Below, in pieces: positions 8,804 to 18,231 of a stretch of DNA of 41,542 nt. The number at the start of each line of letters is the position of its first letter. Positions within the stretch are counted from its first letter, which is position 1. The position numbers and the translations under genes were made by a program. The notes below the pieces were generated by a model. That model ran no database searches. It was not told the origin of the DNA and saw only the letters and a program-made list of their open reading frames with translations. This DNA comes from an uncultured archaeon (lineage in GTDB: Archaea; Nanohalarchaeota; Nanosalinia; Nanosalinales; Nanosalinaceae). Location: contig CAYMJB010000001.1 in the NCBI GenBank assembly GCA_964391005.1, positions 1 through 41,542 on the forward strand, given 5' to 3'.

Positions 8804-9005
8804 AAGCATCCTACAACTTATCCCTCATTTCTTTTTTAATAAAATGCTCAATTGATCTAAGAGATCTCAACTATATACTCAGAAACCTCTGTCCGAACAA
8901 TTTTTTCAGGAATACAGATTCAGATCAGAGCAGATACATTCTAACAGTTTATTTTATTCAATGGAAGGTATATGTGTAAAAAATTTCTCTAAGTAAGAGT
9001 TAATT

Positions 9006-11846
9006 ATGAAGAGTCTCTCCCAGCTCAAGCAAGAGATCAAAGAGGAAGCAGCCAGCGACCCTGAAAAGTTCTTTGCAACGAAGGTACTGAGGGAGAAAGG
9101 CTTCAACAGAGGCACATGCAGAAAATGTGGAATGAACTTCTGGAGCATCAATGAAGAAAGAGAGATCTGTGGAGAGCCTGAATGCGGCGACGGCTACACA
9201 TTCATAAACAACTCTCCAACCGACGAAAACTACACACATAAACAGTCATGGAAAGCCTTCGAGGAGTTCATGACTGACAGAGGCTACACTTCTATAAACA
9301 GATATCCTACCGTCGCCAGATGGAGGGATGACGTGGAGTTTACGGGAGCAAGCATCTACTGCTTCCAGCCCTACGTAGTTTCTGGAGAGGCTGAGCCTCC
9401 TGCAAAGGAGCTTATAATACCTCAGCCAAGCCTCCGTTTCAACGACGTTGACAATGTCGGCATCACCGGCAGACACTACACAAACTTTACGATGATCGGT
9501 CAGACATGCTTCCAACCACCTGGAGAATACGACCAAGACAGGTATTTCAGAGACATGCTCGAGTTCACGGTAGAAAAGCTGGGTATACCTAAGCAGAAGC
9601 TTGTGCTGCATGAAGACAGCTGGGGAGGTGGAGGAAACCTGGGGGCGTGTATGGAGTTCTTTGTTGACGGACTTGAACTGTTCAACCAAGTATACATGTT
9701 TTACGAGAGAACACCGGAGGGCTACGAGGAACTGGACCTGAAGGTGCTTGACATGGGTATGGGCCATGAAAGGATAACATGGATATCAAACGGAACCGAG
9801 ACCAGCTATGAATCCGTAATGCCGGAGACTCTCGAAAAAATGAAGAAACAGACCGGGCTGGAGGTAAACCAAGACATATGGGAGAGTTTTCTTCCCTACA
9901 GCTCCGAGCTGAACGTAGACGAAGTTGAAGACATAGATCAGAAATGGCAGGAAGTAGCTGAAAAGATGGATATGGATACAGACAAACTGAAGGAGGAGAT
10001 AAAGCCCTCTGCCGCACTGTACTCGGTGGCCGAACATACTAGAGCCCTGATATTCGCTCTCGCAGATGGAAAGATACCTTCCAACACCGGAGGAGGGCAC
10101 AACCTCAGGATGATATACAGAAGGGCGAAAGACTTCATAGAAAAGTATAGCTGGAACCTCGAAATTACGGAAGTAGCAAAGTGGCACGCAGAAGAGCTAG
10201 AGAGTCTTTACCCTGAGCTAAAGGATTCAATACAGGAGATAGAAGAGATTCTAGAGGTGGAGGCAGAAAAATATGAAAAATCCCGGAAAAAAGCTGAGAA
10301 TAAGCTCTTAAGCCTGGATTCACAGCCTTCAACAGAAAAAATGATAGAGCTATACGAATCACATGGCGTATCACCTGAGATGATGGAGGAACACGGCTAC
10401 AAGGTACCTGAAGACTTCTACACAAAGCTAGGCAGCAGCGAAGAAGCCCTAAACCAGACTGAAGAAAGCTTCGATATCAAAGAGGAGATTGAAACAGAAA
10501 AACTGTACTACGAGAAACGTGAGCCCTATAGAGACAGCTCAGATTCCAAGGCAGAAGACTTCAGCTTCACAGCAGAGGTAAAACAAATTATAGAAGATCA
10601 ATGGATTGTCTTAGACCGAACCCTTTTCTACCCTGAAGGCGGTGGACAGTCAGCAGATACAGGCAAGATAAACGGGAGTAAAGTAGAGGATGTCCAGAAA
10701 CAGGGGAACGCTGTTCTACATAAACTACCTGACAATGATCTGAATCAGGGAGACAAGGTCGAATGCACTGTAGACGGTCAGAGAAGAAAACAGCTTACAC
10801 AGCACCACTCTACAACACATATTGTTAACGCAGCGTCAAGAGAAGTTCTAGGAGATCATATATACCAGGCAGGAGCCAACAAAACGACTGAAAAGGCAAG
10901 ACTTGATCTTACACACTATGAAAAACCATCAAAGCAGGAGCTCAGACAGATAGAATCAAAGGTCCAGAAAACCATCAACCAGGGTCACAGAATCAATGTA
11001 ATTGAGGAGAAGAAATCTCAGGCCGAACAGGAACACGGCTTCAGAATCTATCAGGGAGGCGCACCCCCAGGAAACCAGATTAGGCTCATAGAGATAGAGG
11101 GAGTGGATATTGAAGCATGTGGAGGAACACACCTCACCAAGACATCGCATGCAGAGGACTTCGTGTTGACAGGTTGTAGAAGAATACAGGACGGCACAAT
11201 AAGAATGGATTACAAAGCAGGAAGACAGGCCAGAAAACACAAAGAATCAGTAAAAGATACCGTTAAACAGGCTGCAGCACATCTTTCAGAGGACAGCCCT
11301 CAATTAGATAAGACAAAACTTCCGGATAACTTTAAGCAGCTGAGAGAAACAGCAGAGGAAATCGCAGAGATGTACTCGGTTGAGGTCGAGGAACTCCCGG
11401 ACACCCTTCAAAGATTCAAGAAAGAAATAAAGCAAAAAGAGAACAAGATCAAGAGACTTGAGGAGTTCACGGACAGGTCGACAGAGCTGGACTCACGTGA
11501 AGAAACTGATGATCTTGTTGAGGCTGCTAAAAAAGTTTACAAGCTCAGAAAGCAGAGGGAAAAACAGCTCGAGAACCTAGAGTCCGAGGTTGAAGATATT
11601 GTGGAGCAGGGAATCCGTGAAAACGGTGATGAAGTAGAACTTGAGGTACCTACGGACAACATAGGTTTACTGATACAGGTAAGCAGGACACTATCTCAAA
11701 AACATCAGGCCTGCATAGCACTGAAGTGCGACAAGGGAGCAGTATGCGCATCTCAGACAGATATCAAAGCGGATGAGAAGCTAGGCAAGTACGGAGAAGG
11801 TGTTCAGGGCGACGAAGGATTTGCAAAAATATTCAATATCGAGTAA
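9006..11846 (+). CDS. alaS: Alanine--tRNA ligase (archaeal type with N-terminal Zn finger)
   Basis: CRKC...CGEPEC, RYPTVARWR, FQPYVVSG, DMGMGHER; editing domain QHHSTTH and CGGTH. Confidence 0.98.
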   Translation: MKSLSQLKQEIKEEAASDPEKFFATKVLREKGFNRGTCRKCGMNFWSINEEREICGEPECGDGYTFINNSPTDENYTHKQSWKAFEEFMTDRGYTSINRYPTVARWRDDVEFTGASIYCFQPYVVSGEAEPPAKELIIPQPSLRFNDVDNVGITGRHYTNFTMIGQTCFQPPGEYDQDRYFRDMLEFTVEKLGIPKQKLVLHEDSWGGGGNLGACMEFFVDGLELFNQVYMFYERTPEGYEELDLKVLDMGMGHERITWISNGTETSYESVMPETLEKMKKQTGLEVNQDIWESFLPYSSELNVDEVEDIDQKWQEVAEKMDMDTDKLKEEIKPSAALYSVAEHTRALIFALADGKIPSNTGGGHNLRMIYRRAKDFIEKYSWNLEITEVAKWHAEELESLYPELKDSIQEIEEILEVEAEKYEKSRKKAENKLLSLDSQPSTEKMIELYESHGVSPEMMEEHGYKVPEDFYTKLGSSEEALNQTEESFDIKEEIETEKLYYEKREPYRDSSDSKAEDFSFTAEVKQIIEDQWIVLDRTLFYPEGGGQSADTGKINGSKVEDVQKQGNAVLHKLPDNDLNQGDKVECTVDGQRRKQLTQHHSTTHIVNAASREVLGDHIYQAGANKTTEKARLDLTHYEKPSKQELRQIESKVQKTINQGHRINVIEEKKSQAEQEHGFRIYQGGAPPGNQIRLIEIEGVDIEACGGTHLTKTSHAEDFVLTGCRRIQDGTIRMDYKAGRQARKHKESVKDTVKQAAAHLSEDSPQLDKTKLPDNFKQLRETAEEIAEMYSVEVEELPDTLQRFKKEIKQKENKIKRLEEFTDRSTELDSREETDDLVEAAKKVYKLRKQREKQLENLESEVEDIVEQGIRENGDEVELEVPTDNIGLLIQVSRTLSQKHQACIALKCDKGAVCASQTDIKADEKLGKYGEGVQGDEGFAKIFNIE

Positions 11847-11848
11847 TC

Positions 11849-12415
11849 CTACAGAACTCCTATCTGCTGGCATCTGGCCGCAGCACTTCCCAAATTATTC
11901 AGAGTGTTACATACCGCTTCCTCAATGTTTCTCACAGTAATATTCGTAACTGATTCCTGTTGAGGTGCAGGACCTCTCTGCGTGATAATTCCTCCCTGCA
12001 CAACCACTGCAGGAAACTCCGTAATACCATTTCGGGAGACAATATCAGGAACTTGAGTCGAAGATACAATCTGAACAAAGGTCTTCTCACCGTACCTCTC
12101 CTGAATCTGCCTGACCTGACCTAATTCCTCAATTTGGCTTTCATTATCGTATATAGCGTTGACAAACACCGCTTCCTGTCTTGCGGCTATAACCGTCTGC
12201 TCTGTATAGGAACGGTTAAACCCTGTCTCAGAGAACTGCTGACTCGGAGCTGTAAAGTTTCTCTGCTCCTGATTCTGGTTCTGATTGGCGCCTGAGCCAC
12301 CGGCACCACCGCCACCGTAGACCAGGAACGTTGCACCAAAACCTACAGTGATTAAAACTGCGATAAACAGGTTCCCATACTGTTTCAGCTTATCTCCGAG
12401 AGACATCTCTACCAC
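11849..12415 (-). CDS. Membrane-anchored hypothetical protein, possibly thioredoxin-like fold without CxxC
   Basis: N-terminal TM helix, G/N/Q linker, 'GITEFPAVVV' cis-Pro-like strand and two C-terminal Cys. Confidence 0.7.
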   Translation of the reverse strand: MVEMSLGDKLKQYGNLFIAVLITVGFGATFLVYGGGGAGGSGANQNQNQEQRNFTAPSQQFSETGFNRSYTEQTVIAARQEAVFVNAIYDNESQIEELGQVRQIQERYGEKTFVQIVSSTQVPDIVSRNGITEFPAVVVQGGIITQRGPAPQQESVTNITVRNIEEAVCNTLNNLGSAAARCQQIGVL

Positions 12416-12464
12416 AGATTTGGAGCCGCAACAATAAAGAACCTTGCCGACATATCTAGAAAAT

Positions 12465-12872
12465 ATGATAGTAGGATTTAACGTGAACAGTATAGACGCA
12501 GATAAATCAGAGGATATCGGCGGAGACCTTCAGATAAACTATGCACCGGAGATAACAAACGTAGAATCAACCGGCGTCAGAGCATTTGACGACGAGGTCG
12601 CAAAGATAGACTTCAAGTTCAGAGTCGAATACTCAACAGGAAACTCTGTGCCTGCACACATCCAGATGCAGGGCAACGTACTCTGGAACGGCAACACCCA
12701 AGACATAGTGGAAACATGGGAGGAAAGCGAACAGCTACCTGAACAGATCAAAGCTCCTCTTATGAACGATCTGTACAGAAAACTCCTCTCAGAAGCCACA
12801 GGTGTCGCAGACACACTAAGCATGCTTCCACCGATACCTACTCCACAGGTACAGAAGCAACAGGGACAGTAA
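12465..12872 (+). CDS. Archaeal hypothetical protein, possible SecB-like fold
   Basis: Four alternating beta-strand segments, a long helix and a C-terminal LPPIPTP. ATG 12465 preferred. Confidence 0.75.
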   Translation: MIVGFNVNSIDADKSEDIGGDLQINYAPEITNVESTGVRAFDDEVAKIDFKFRVEYSTGNSVPAHIQMQGNVLWNGNTQDIVETWEESEQLPEQIKAPLMNDLYRKLLSEATGVADTLSMLPPIPTPQVQKQQGQ

Positions 12873-12873
12873 C

Positions 12874-13089
12874 CTACCTGTATAAGGTTACAAACCTTCT
12901 TTTCTTTCCAAGCATATTTTTGGAGTATGTCTCCAGTTCTTTCTCCTTCTCAAGCGCGTTCAGAAGCCTGTGTACATCTTCCTCAGCCCAAGACATAGCA
13001 TCTGAGAGACTTTTCACAGAAGGCTTCTGACCATCCTCTATCTGATCACTGCATTTCTGAAGCAGCTTATCTTTCCTACTCACAGACAA
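12874..13089 (-). CDS. Small winged-helix-like protein
   Basis: PSVKSLSDAMSWAEEDVHRLLNALEKEKELET fits an HTH followed by a wing (GKKRRFVTL). Confidence 0.65.
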   Translation of the reverse strand: MSVSRKDKLLQKCSDQIEDGQKPSVKSLSDAMSWAEEDVHRLLNALEKEKELETYSKNMLGKKRRFVTLYR

Positions 13090-13123
13090 GTATATAACCT
13101 GGCAGAGATAAAAAACAGGATGT

Positions 13124-13366
13124 ATGGTACTTGAGGATGCAGAAGAGGAAATCGAAAGTCAGGACTACCAAGAAGCCATGGAAGATCTTCAGGAGCAGAT
13201 AAGGGATGTTGAAACAGACTTCAAACAGGTGAAGACTGAAGACGCATCAGGAGATCTTGCCAGGAAACAACAGAAGGCAGAGGATGTACTCTCAGATATA
13301 CACGACCAAATCGAGTTCCTGCAGGAACAAGTTGAACGAATGAATGAAGAAAATCAAAACCGTTAA
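13124..13366 (+). CDS. Small acidic coiled-coil protein
   Basis: 80-aa ORF with genome-typical codon use; helical hairpin pattern. Confidence 0.7.
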   Translation: MVLEDAEEEIESQDYQEAMEDLQEQIRDVETDFKQVKTEDASGDLARKQQKAEDVLSDIHDQIEFLQEQVERMNEENQNR

Positions 13367-13403
13367 AAATTTTAAAGACATAAACAAAAAATACCGTGGT
13401 TAC
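13359..13403 (+). promoter_or_regulatory. hsp20 promoter with shared ACRTAAACAAAAA element
   Basis: ACCGTTAAAAATTTTAAAGACATAAACAAAAA closely resembles the dnaK upstream ACCGTTTAAAAATTTTTATTCACGTAAACAAAAA. Confidence 0.6.
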
Positions 13404-13404
13404 A

Positions 13405-13830
13405 ATGAGAAGACTAAAACGAACTGACAACGTCGAAGACGTGTTCAACCAGATGGAAAACCTGTTCAACCAGTTCCACGAAAAGGGCATGGACTTTGCC
13501 TCCGAACTAAGTCCAAACTTTCCTGTAGATATAGCTGAAGAGGAGGGAAGCTACGTAGTAACAGCAGATATGCCAGGAGTAGAAAAGGAGGAAATCAACC
13601 TAAAGGCTGACAGCGAAGGAGTGGAAATCTCCGCAGAATCAAGCCACGAAATAGAAGAAGAAAACGAAAAGTACTACAGAAAGGAAAGATCACAGAGACA
13701 GTTCAACAGACGCATAGAGTTCCCATCACAGGTAGAAGCAGAAACAGTAGAGGCAAGCTACGAAGACGGCGTACTGACAGTCACAGCCGACAAAGACGAA
13801 GAAGACGGCCATACAATAGAGATAGAGTAA
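13405..13830 (+). CDS. hsp20: Small heat shock protein Hsp20 (alpha-crystallin family)
   Basis: PVDIAE, ADMPGVEKEEI, ERS..FNRRIEFP and ASYEDGVLTVT motifs. Confidence 0.96.
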   Translation: MRRLKRTDNVEDVFNQMENLFNQFHEKGMDFASELSPNFPVDIAEEEGSYVVTADMPGVEKEEINLKADSEGVEISAESSHEIEEENEKYYRKERSQRQFNRRIEFPSQVEAETVEASYEDGVLTVTADKDEEDGHTIEIE

Positions 13831-13898
13831 AAAAGCCTGTCAAACCACATCTTTCCTTTCCCATTTATCAATCAACAAAATAAGACACAAGTATCGAT

Positions 13899-14414
13899 AT
13901 GAGTAAAATTTCTCAGACAGCAAAACAGCTATCCGAATTCCTCAACCTTATACAACAGGACAGAGAGAATATTGAAAGAGTTATACAGGAAGTCAAAGAG
14001 AAAGACATAGACGCAGAGTTCATAGTACATCCTAAGTCAGAAACGGTAGAAGATTCATCAAAAAACACAGGATACAATCCGGAGAAAATAGTCAAGACCC
14101 TTGTATTTGTAGCCGAAGAGCCGATAGCGGTTATGTGTCCCGGGCACACCAGCGTCTCCGAACAAAAGCTGGAGGAAATCACGGGTCACGAACCAAGAAT
14201 GGCTACACCCGAAGAAGTAGAAGAACATACAGGCTACCAGATAGGCGGCGTATCCCCTTTCGACCTTGACATCAAAACTTACATGGAAAAAGCAATTCTG
14301 GATAAACAAGAGGTGAAGCCTGCGGCAGGATCAAAGGTAACTGGGGTCTCAATCAAACCTGAAGACCTGAAAAAGGCTTCAGAAGCAGAGGCTAAGGATT
14401 TATCCAGAAAGTAA
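13899..14414 (+). CDS. YbaK/EbsC (INS superfamily) aminoacyl-tRNA deacylase
   Basis: IVKTLV with the conserved Lys and TGYQIGGVSPF motif. Confidence 0.92.
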   Translation: MSKISQTAKQLSEFLNLIQQDRENIERVIQEVKEKDIDAEFIVHPKSETVEDSSKNTGYNPEKIVKTLVFVAEEPIAVMCPGHTSVSEQKLEEITGHEPRMATPEEVEEHTGYQIGGVSPFDLDIKTYMEKAILDKQEVKPAAGSKVTGVSIKPEDLKKASEAEAKDLSRK

Positions 14415-14442
14415 TTTAACAGTAGCAACTGAAGTCAGGATT

Positions 14443-15468
14443 ATGGATGCAGAAGAAAAGAAGCAACTCGTAATGCGTAACTCCGAGGAAACAGTGAAGG
14501 AAGAGGAGCTTGAAGAAATAATTGAAGAAAAAGAGAATCCCAGAGCATACGTCGGATACGAGACATCAGGGCCCGTCCATCTTGGACACTGGGTATCAGT
14601 CAGAAAAATGCTTGATATACAAGAAGCAGGCTTCCAGCCTGTCATCCTATGGGCAGACCTGCACACATACCTAAACAAGAAAGGTGAGGAAGCATGGATA
14701 CAGGATATGACAGACTACTGGCAGGCAACATTTGAAGCACTAGGCCTTGACGCGGAATACGTCCATGGAAGAGATTTTCAGGAAAACGATGACTACTTCC
14801 ACGACCTGCTGACCATGATGCAAAAGACCACGATAAACCGTGGTGAAAGATCCATGCAACACGACCTCAGAGATAAAGAAGAAGTATACGTCTCACAGAT
14901 AACATACCCATTGATGCAGGCCCTTGACATAGTACACCTAGACCTAGACCTGGCAGTAGCAGGTATCGAACAGAGAAAGATCCATATGCTGGCAAGGGAG
15001 CAGCTGCCAAAACTTGGATACGAAAAACCAACATGCCTGCACTGGCCTCTACTTACCTCACTGGCAGGTGAAGGAGACAAGATGAGCTCATCCAAGAAAA
15101 ATACGATGTTCCCTCTCCACGCAGATCCTGAAGAAATCAGAGACGTGATAGAAGACGCATACTGCCCTCAAGGAGAGGTAGAAGATAATCCAATAATTCA
15201 GATATGCAAACTGTTTATATTCGGAGCAGACAGAGACCTTGAAGTAAGTAGAAAAGAAGAACATGGAGGAAACCTCCATTACGAGAAATTCGAAGAAATG
15301 GCAGATGACTTCAAATCAGGCGAACTCCATCCATTAGACCTTAAAGAAGCGGTTGCAGAGGAAGTAGTTGAAAGATTCAAGCCTGTAAGAGACAAGTTCC
15401 GAGAAAACCCTGATTTACTTGAACCATTGGAAGAAATCGGTCACGAAACACCAGAGTATATAACCTGA
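14443..15468 (+). CDS. tyrS: Tyrosine--tRNA ligase
   Basis: YVGYETSG, HLGH, YPLMQALD, QRKIHMLARE, KMSSS and LHPLDLK. Confidence 0.98.
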   Translation: MDAEEKKQLVMRNSEETVKEEELEEIIEEKENPRAYVGYETSGPVHLGHWVSVRKMLDIQEAGFQPVILWADLHTYLNKKGEEAWIQDMTDYWQATFEALGLDAEYVHGRDFQENDDYFHDLLTMMQKTTINRGERSMQHDLRDKEEVYVSQITYPLMQALDIVHLDLDLAVAGIEQRKIHMLAREQLPKLGYEKPTCLHWPLLTSLAGEGDKMSSSKKNTMFPLHADPEEIRDVIEDAYCPQGEVEDNPIIQICKLFIFGADRDLEVSRKEEHGGNLHYEKFEEMADDFKSGELHPLDLKEAVAEEVVERFKPVRDKFRENPDLLEPLEEIGHETPEYIT

Positions 15469-15515
15469 CCAGGCACAGTAAGAAATTTAAGCAGTTCCTT
15501 GTAATATATACAGTA

Positions 15516-15578
15516 TGAAGGGTGGATATGTTTCTCACCGGTGCGTTTGCAACCTGTAGGCTCGATAAGAGCTTTTCA
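15516..15578 (+). ncRNA. Candidate 63-nt four-way-junction RNA (sRNA or serS leader)
   Basis: Closing stem TGAAG/TTTCA and three abutting hairpins; TATA-like TTTAAG 15486-91 upstream. Confidence 0.35.
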
Positions 15579-15618
15579 AAACCTGTTCTAGATAAAAATT
15601 TCTGCACAAGTGGAACCT

Positions 15619-16887
15619 ATGCTACGCATTGAACGTTTCCGCGATAATCCTGATGAGATCAGGGATTCAGAGGAGTACAGGGGCAAGGACCCAGAAAAGG
15701 TAGACAAAGTAGTTGAACTTGACAAAGCCTGGAGAGAGAATCTGCAGAAGCTGCAGGAACTCCAGGAAAAGAGAAATCAGGTCGGCGACAGAATCGCAGA
15801 GATGAAACAGAACGGTGAAGACGCCTCTGAACACATCGAGAAGATGCAGGAAGTAAAGGAAACCATAACCGAACTCGAGGACGAAGTTGAAAGCCTAAAG
15901 GAAGATAGAGATGAGCTGAGGATGAAAATAGGTAATATCGTAGACGACTCGGTTCCTCAGGGAGAAGACGAAGATGACAACGTGCCAGTGAAACACTGGG
16001 AACCTGGAGAAGGTAAAAGCGAGAGCGGCGAGCTAGCTGCAGATCTGCTTGAAGACACAGACTTGCTTGAGACAGAAAAGGCCGCCGAGGTCGCAGGTGA
16101 GAGAGCCTATTACCTGAAAAACGACCTTGTAAGGTTGAATCAAGCTCTGATCAACTACGGGCTGGATAGAATGCGGGAGAAAGATTATACCCCTATGCAG
16201 ACGCCTTACATGCTAAACAAGGAAGCTATGGAAGGTGCAGCCGAGCTAGAGGACTTCCACGAGCAGCTCTACAAGCTGGACCGGCATAATCGGTACCTGA
16301 TCGCAACCTCGGAGCAGACTTTGGCAGCTTATCACTTTGACGAGATACTGCAGCCGCAGGAACTTCCCAAAAAATACGCAGGCTATTCAACAAACTTCAG
16401 ACGTGAAGCAGGAAAACACGGACAGGAAACAAGAGGTATCTGGAGACTGCACCAGTTCGAAAAAATAGAGCAGTTCATATTCTGTAAACCGGAAGAATCA
16501 CAGGAACTGCATGATGAGCTTCTAGAAAATGCAGAAGAAGTAATGAAGGATCTCAACCTTCCGTACAGAGTGGTTAACGTCTGTACAGGAGACCTAGGTG
16601 ATACACCAGCCAAAAAATACGATATTGAGGCATGGAGACCTTCACTAGGAGAGTACGGAGAAGTAGTCTCATGCAGCAACTGCACAGAATACCAAGGAAC
16701 CAAACTCAAGACAAGAATAAGACGACAAGACAGCGACAACCAAACAGTTCACACTCTGAACTCAACCCTGATCGCAACACAGAGGCTTATGACGATCATC
16801 ATAGAGAACAACCAGACTGTCGAAGGAATAGAAGTTCCTGAAGCTCTGCAGAGCTACATGGGCGGCCAAAACACAATCAGTTTATAG
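15619..16887 (+). CDS. serS: Serine--tRNA ligase
   Basis: N-terminal coiled-coil arm, LIATSE, motif 2 FRREAG..RGIWRLHQFEK, EVVSCSNC and HTLNST. Confidence 0.98.
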   Translation: MLRIERFRDNPDEIRDSEEYRGKDPEKVDKVVELDKAWRENLQKLQELQEKRNQVGDRIAEMKQNGEDASEHIEKMQEVKETITELEDEVESLKEDRDELRMKIGNIVDDSVPQGEDEDDNVPVKHWEPGEGKSESGELAADLLEDTDLLETEKAAEVAGERAYYLKNDLVRLNQALINYGLDRMREKDYTPMQTPYMLNKEAMEGAAELEDFHEQLYKLDRHNRYLIATSEQTLAAYHFDEILQPQELPKKYAGYSTNFRREAGKHGQETRGIWRLHQFEKIEQFIFCKPEESQELHDELLENAEEVMKDLNLPYRVVNVCTGDLGDTPAKKYDIEAWRPSLGEYGEVVSCSNCTEYQGTKLKTRIRRQDSDNQTVHTLNSTLIATQRLMTIIIENNQTVEGIEVPEALQSYMGGQNTISL

Positions 16888-16890
16888 CCA

Positions 16891-18150
16891 CTAAACCCTA
16901 GTCTCAACAATTTTTTCTCTTGGGAATAAATCCCTATCTACTGTCTCAGGTATCTCATCAAGCAGATGTATATCACCAACGTCTTCACGCACGTCATCTT
17001 TGACGGATTTAATCTTATTGACTGAATGTGATCTTGCATTTGCATGCTCTTGTAGAGGCACTCTTACGAAATTATCCCAGTCAGCACCCTTAAACCACCG
17101 ATTATTTTCAGTATAGGCTGTAAACTCAGGGTCGAAGAACTTTATTCTTGATTGGCCATCATCCATAGTCTCTTCGATAAACTCATCTTTTCTATCAAAG
17201 GGGCTGACCAGTCCCATACCTTCCATGGTGCCGTAAAAAATCCCCCATTCATTTTCACTCCCGTAGATACCCCCATCAGTGGCATTATTCCCCCAAGGCC
17301 GTAAAGAAAATGCCATATCATCATAGAGATCGAGAATCTTTATTTTCGAAGGTGTTACAGGAGATGCAAGCTCTTTATTCCTCAACTGTAAATCAACACC
17401 ATCTTGCCTGTGCATAGCAGACTCCAACATAAGCTCTGGTATCATCACAATACCATCTTCATATTGTGTTTCTTCGAACTCGGGCGTACCAATTTTTCGA
17501 TAAAGAGCGTCATCGTGCGAATTCCTCTTAAAATGCTTTCCGCTCGAGGAAAGCTTGGATAAAATGTCGGTTGAACCCATATTGAAGGTTTTTGGACCTA
17601 CACCTAGGTTATCATGGGCTTTTCTTTCATAGTTTATATCTGGTCTCGATCTGTAACCGCTGGCGGAGCTATCAAGTCCCTGCCCCCAGCCAAGTGCATC
17701 CATTTGATCCTCAATCTCCTGGCTACCTCCCTCAAGGTAATGAGTCCATTCCCTGACCGCAAATCGAGTGTTACCATTCTGCTTTACCTTCATTATGCTT
17801 GGGGAAGTTTGAATGCCTTCCAAGCTGAAGTCAGTTCTTGGTTCAACTTTCAGGGTTCTTGAAGGCCCTGAATGCATCTCAATATACATCTCAACTTCTA
17901 TATCCTCTATGGATTCTAACCAGTTGCCATAGTCTTGGTTAGCTTTGCTTGAGGATTCATTAGCTGGTTTGCCCATAGATCTCGTTCCCATACCCTTTGA
18001 ACCATATGAGTTCTTCTCTAACAGATCGTCGATTTTCCCATATAGTTCGTCTCTTACAGTCCTTAAATCAGTCTGATTTCTAGAATTTCCTTTCTCCAAA
18101 TATACTGTCACATCATCAATATTATCTATAAATTCGTAGGCGGATTCCAT
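16891..18150 (-). CDS. Hypothetical protein, possible highly divergent protein-kinase-like fold
   Basis: 419-aa ORF; C-half has kinase-like spacing E..(GVGPK)...GLVSPFDRKDEFI...IKFFDPEF. Confidence 0.7.
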   Translation of the reverse strand: MESAYEFIDNIDDVTVYLEKGNSRNQTDLRTVRDELYGKIDDLLEKNSYGSKGMGTRSMGKPANESSSKANQDYGNWLESIEDIEVEMYIEMHSGPSRTLKVEPRTDFSLEGIQTSPSIMKVKQNGNTRFAVREWTHYLEGGSQEIEDQMDALGWGQGLDSSASGYRSRPDINYERKAHDNLGVGPKTFNMGSTDILSKLSSSGKHFKRNSHDDALYRKIGTPEFEETQYEDGIVMIPELMLESAMHRQDGVDLQLRNKELASPVTPSKIKILDLYDDMAFSLRPWGNNATDGGIYGSENEWGIFYGTMEGMGLVSPFDRKDEFIEETMDDGQSRIKFFDPEFTAYTENNRWFKGADWDNFVRVPLQEHANARSHSVNKIKSVKDDVREDVGDIHLLDEIPETVDRDLFPREKIVETRV

Positions 18151-18231
18151 TGGTTTGTTATTATAAGGAAACTACACGTCAGTCTTTTTGAGTGTATTCT
18201 TTCTTTAAGTTTAATTTACGCGATAGACTAC

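Noticed and set aside
8804..9005. 200-nt rpl12-alaS spacer with short CAGA(T) repeats
   Set aside because: No sustained ORF or convincing stem; explained by the terminator and promoter plus possibly decayed sequence.
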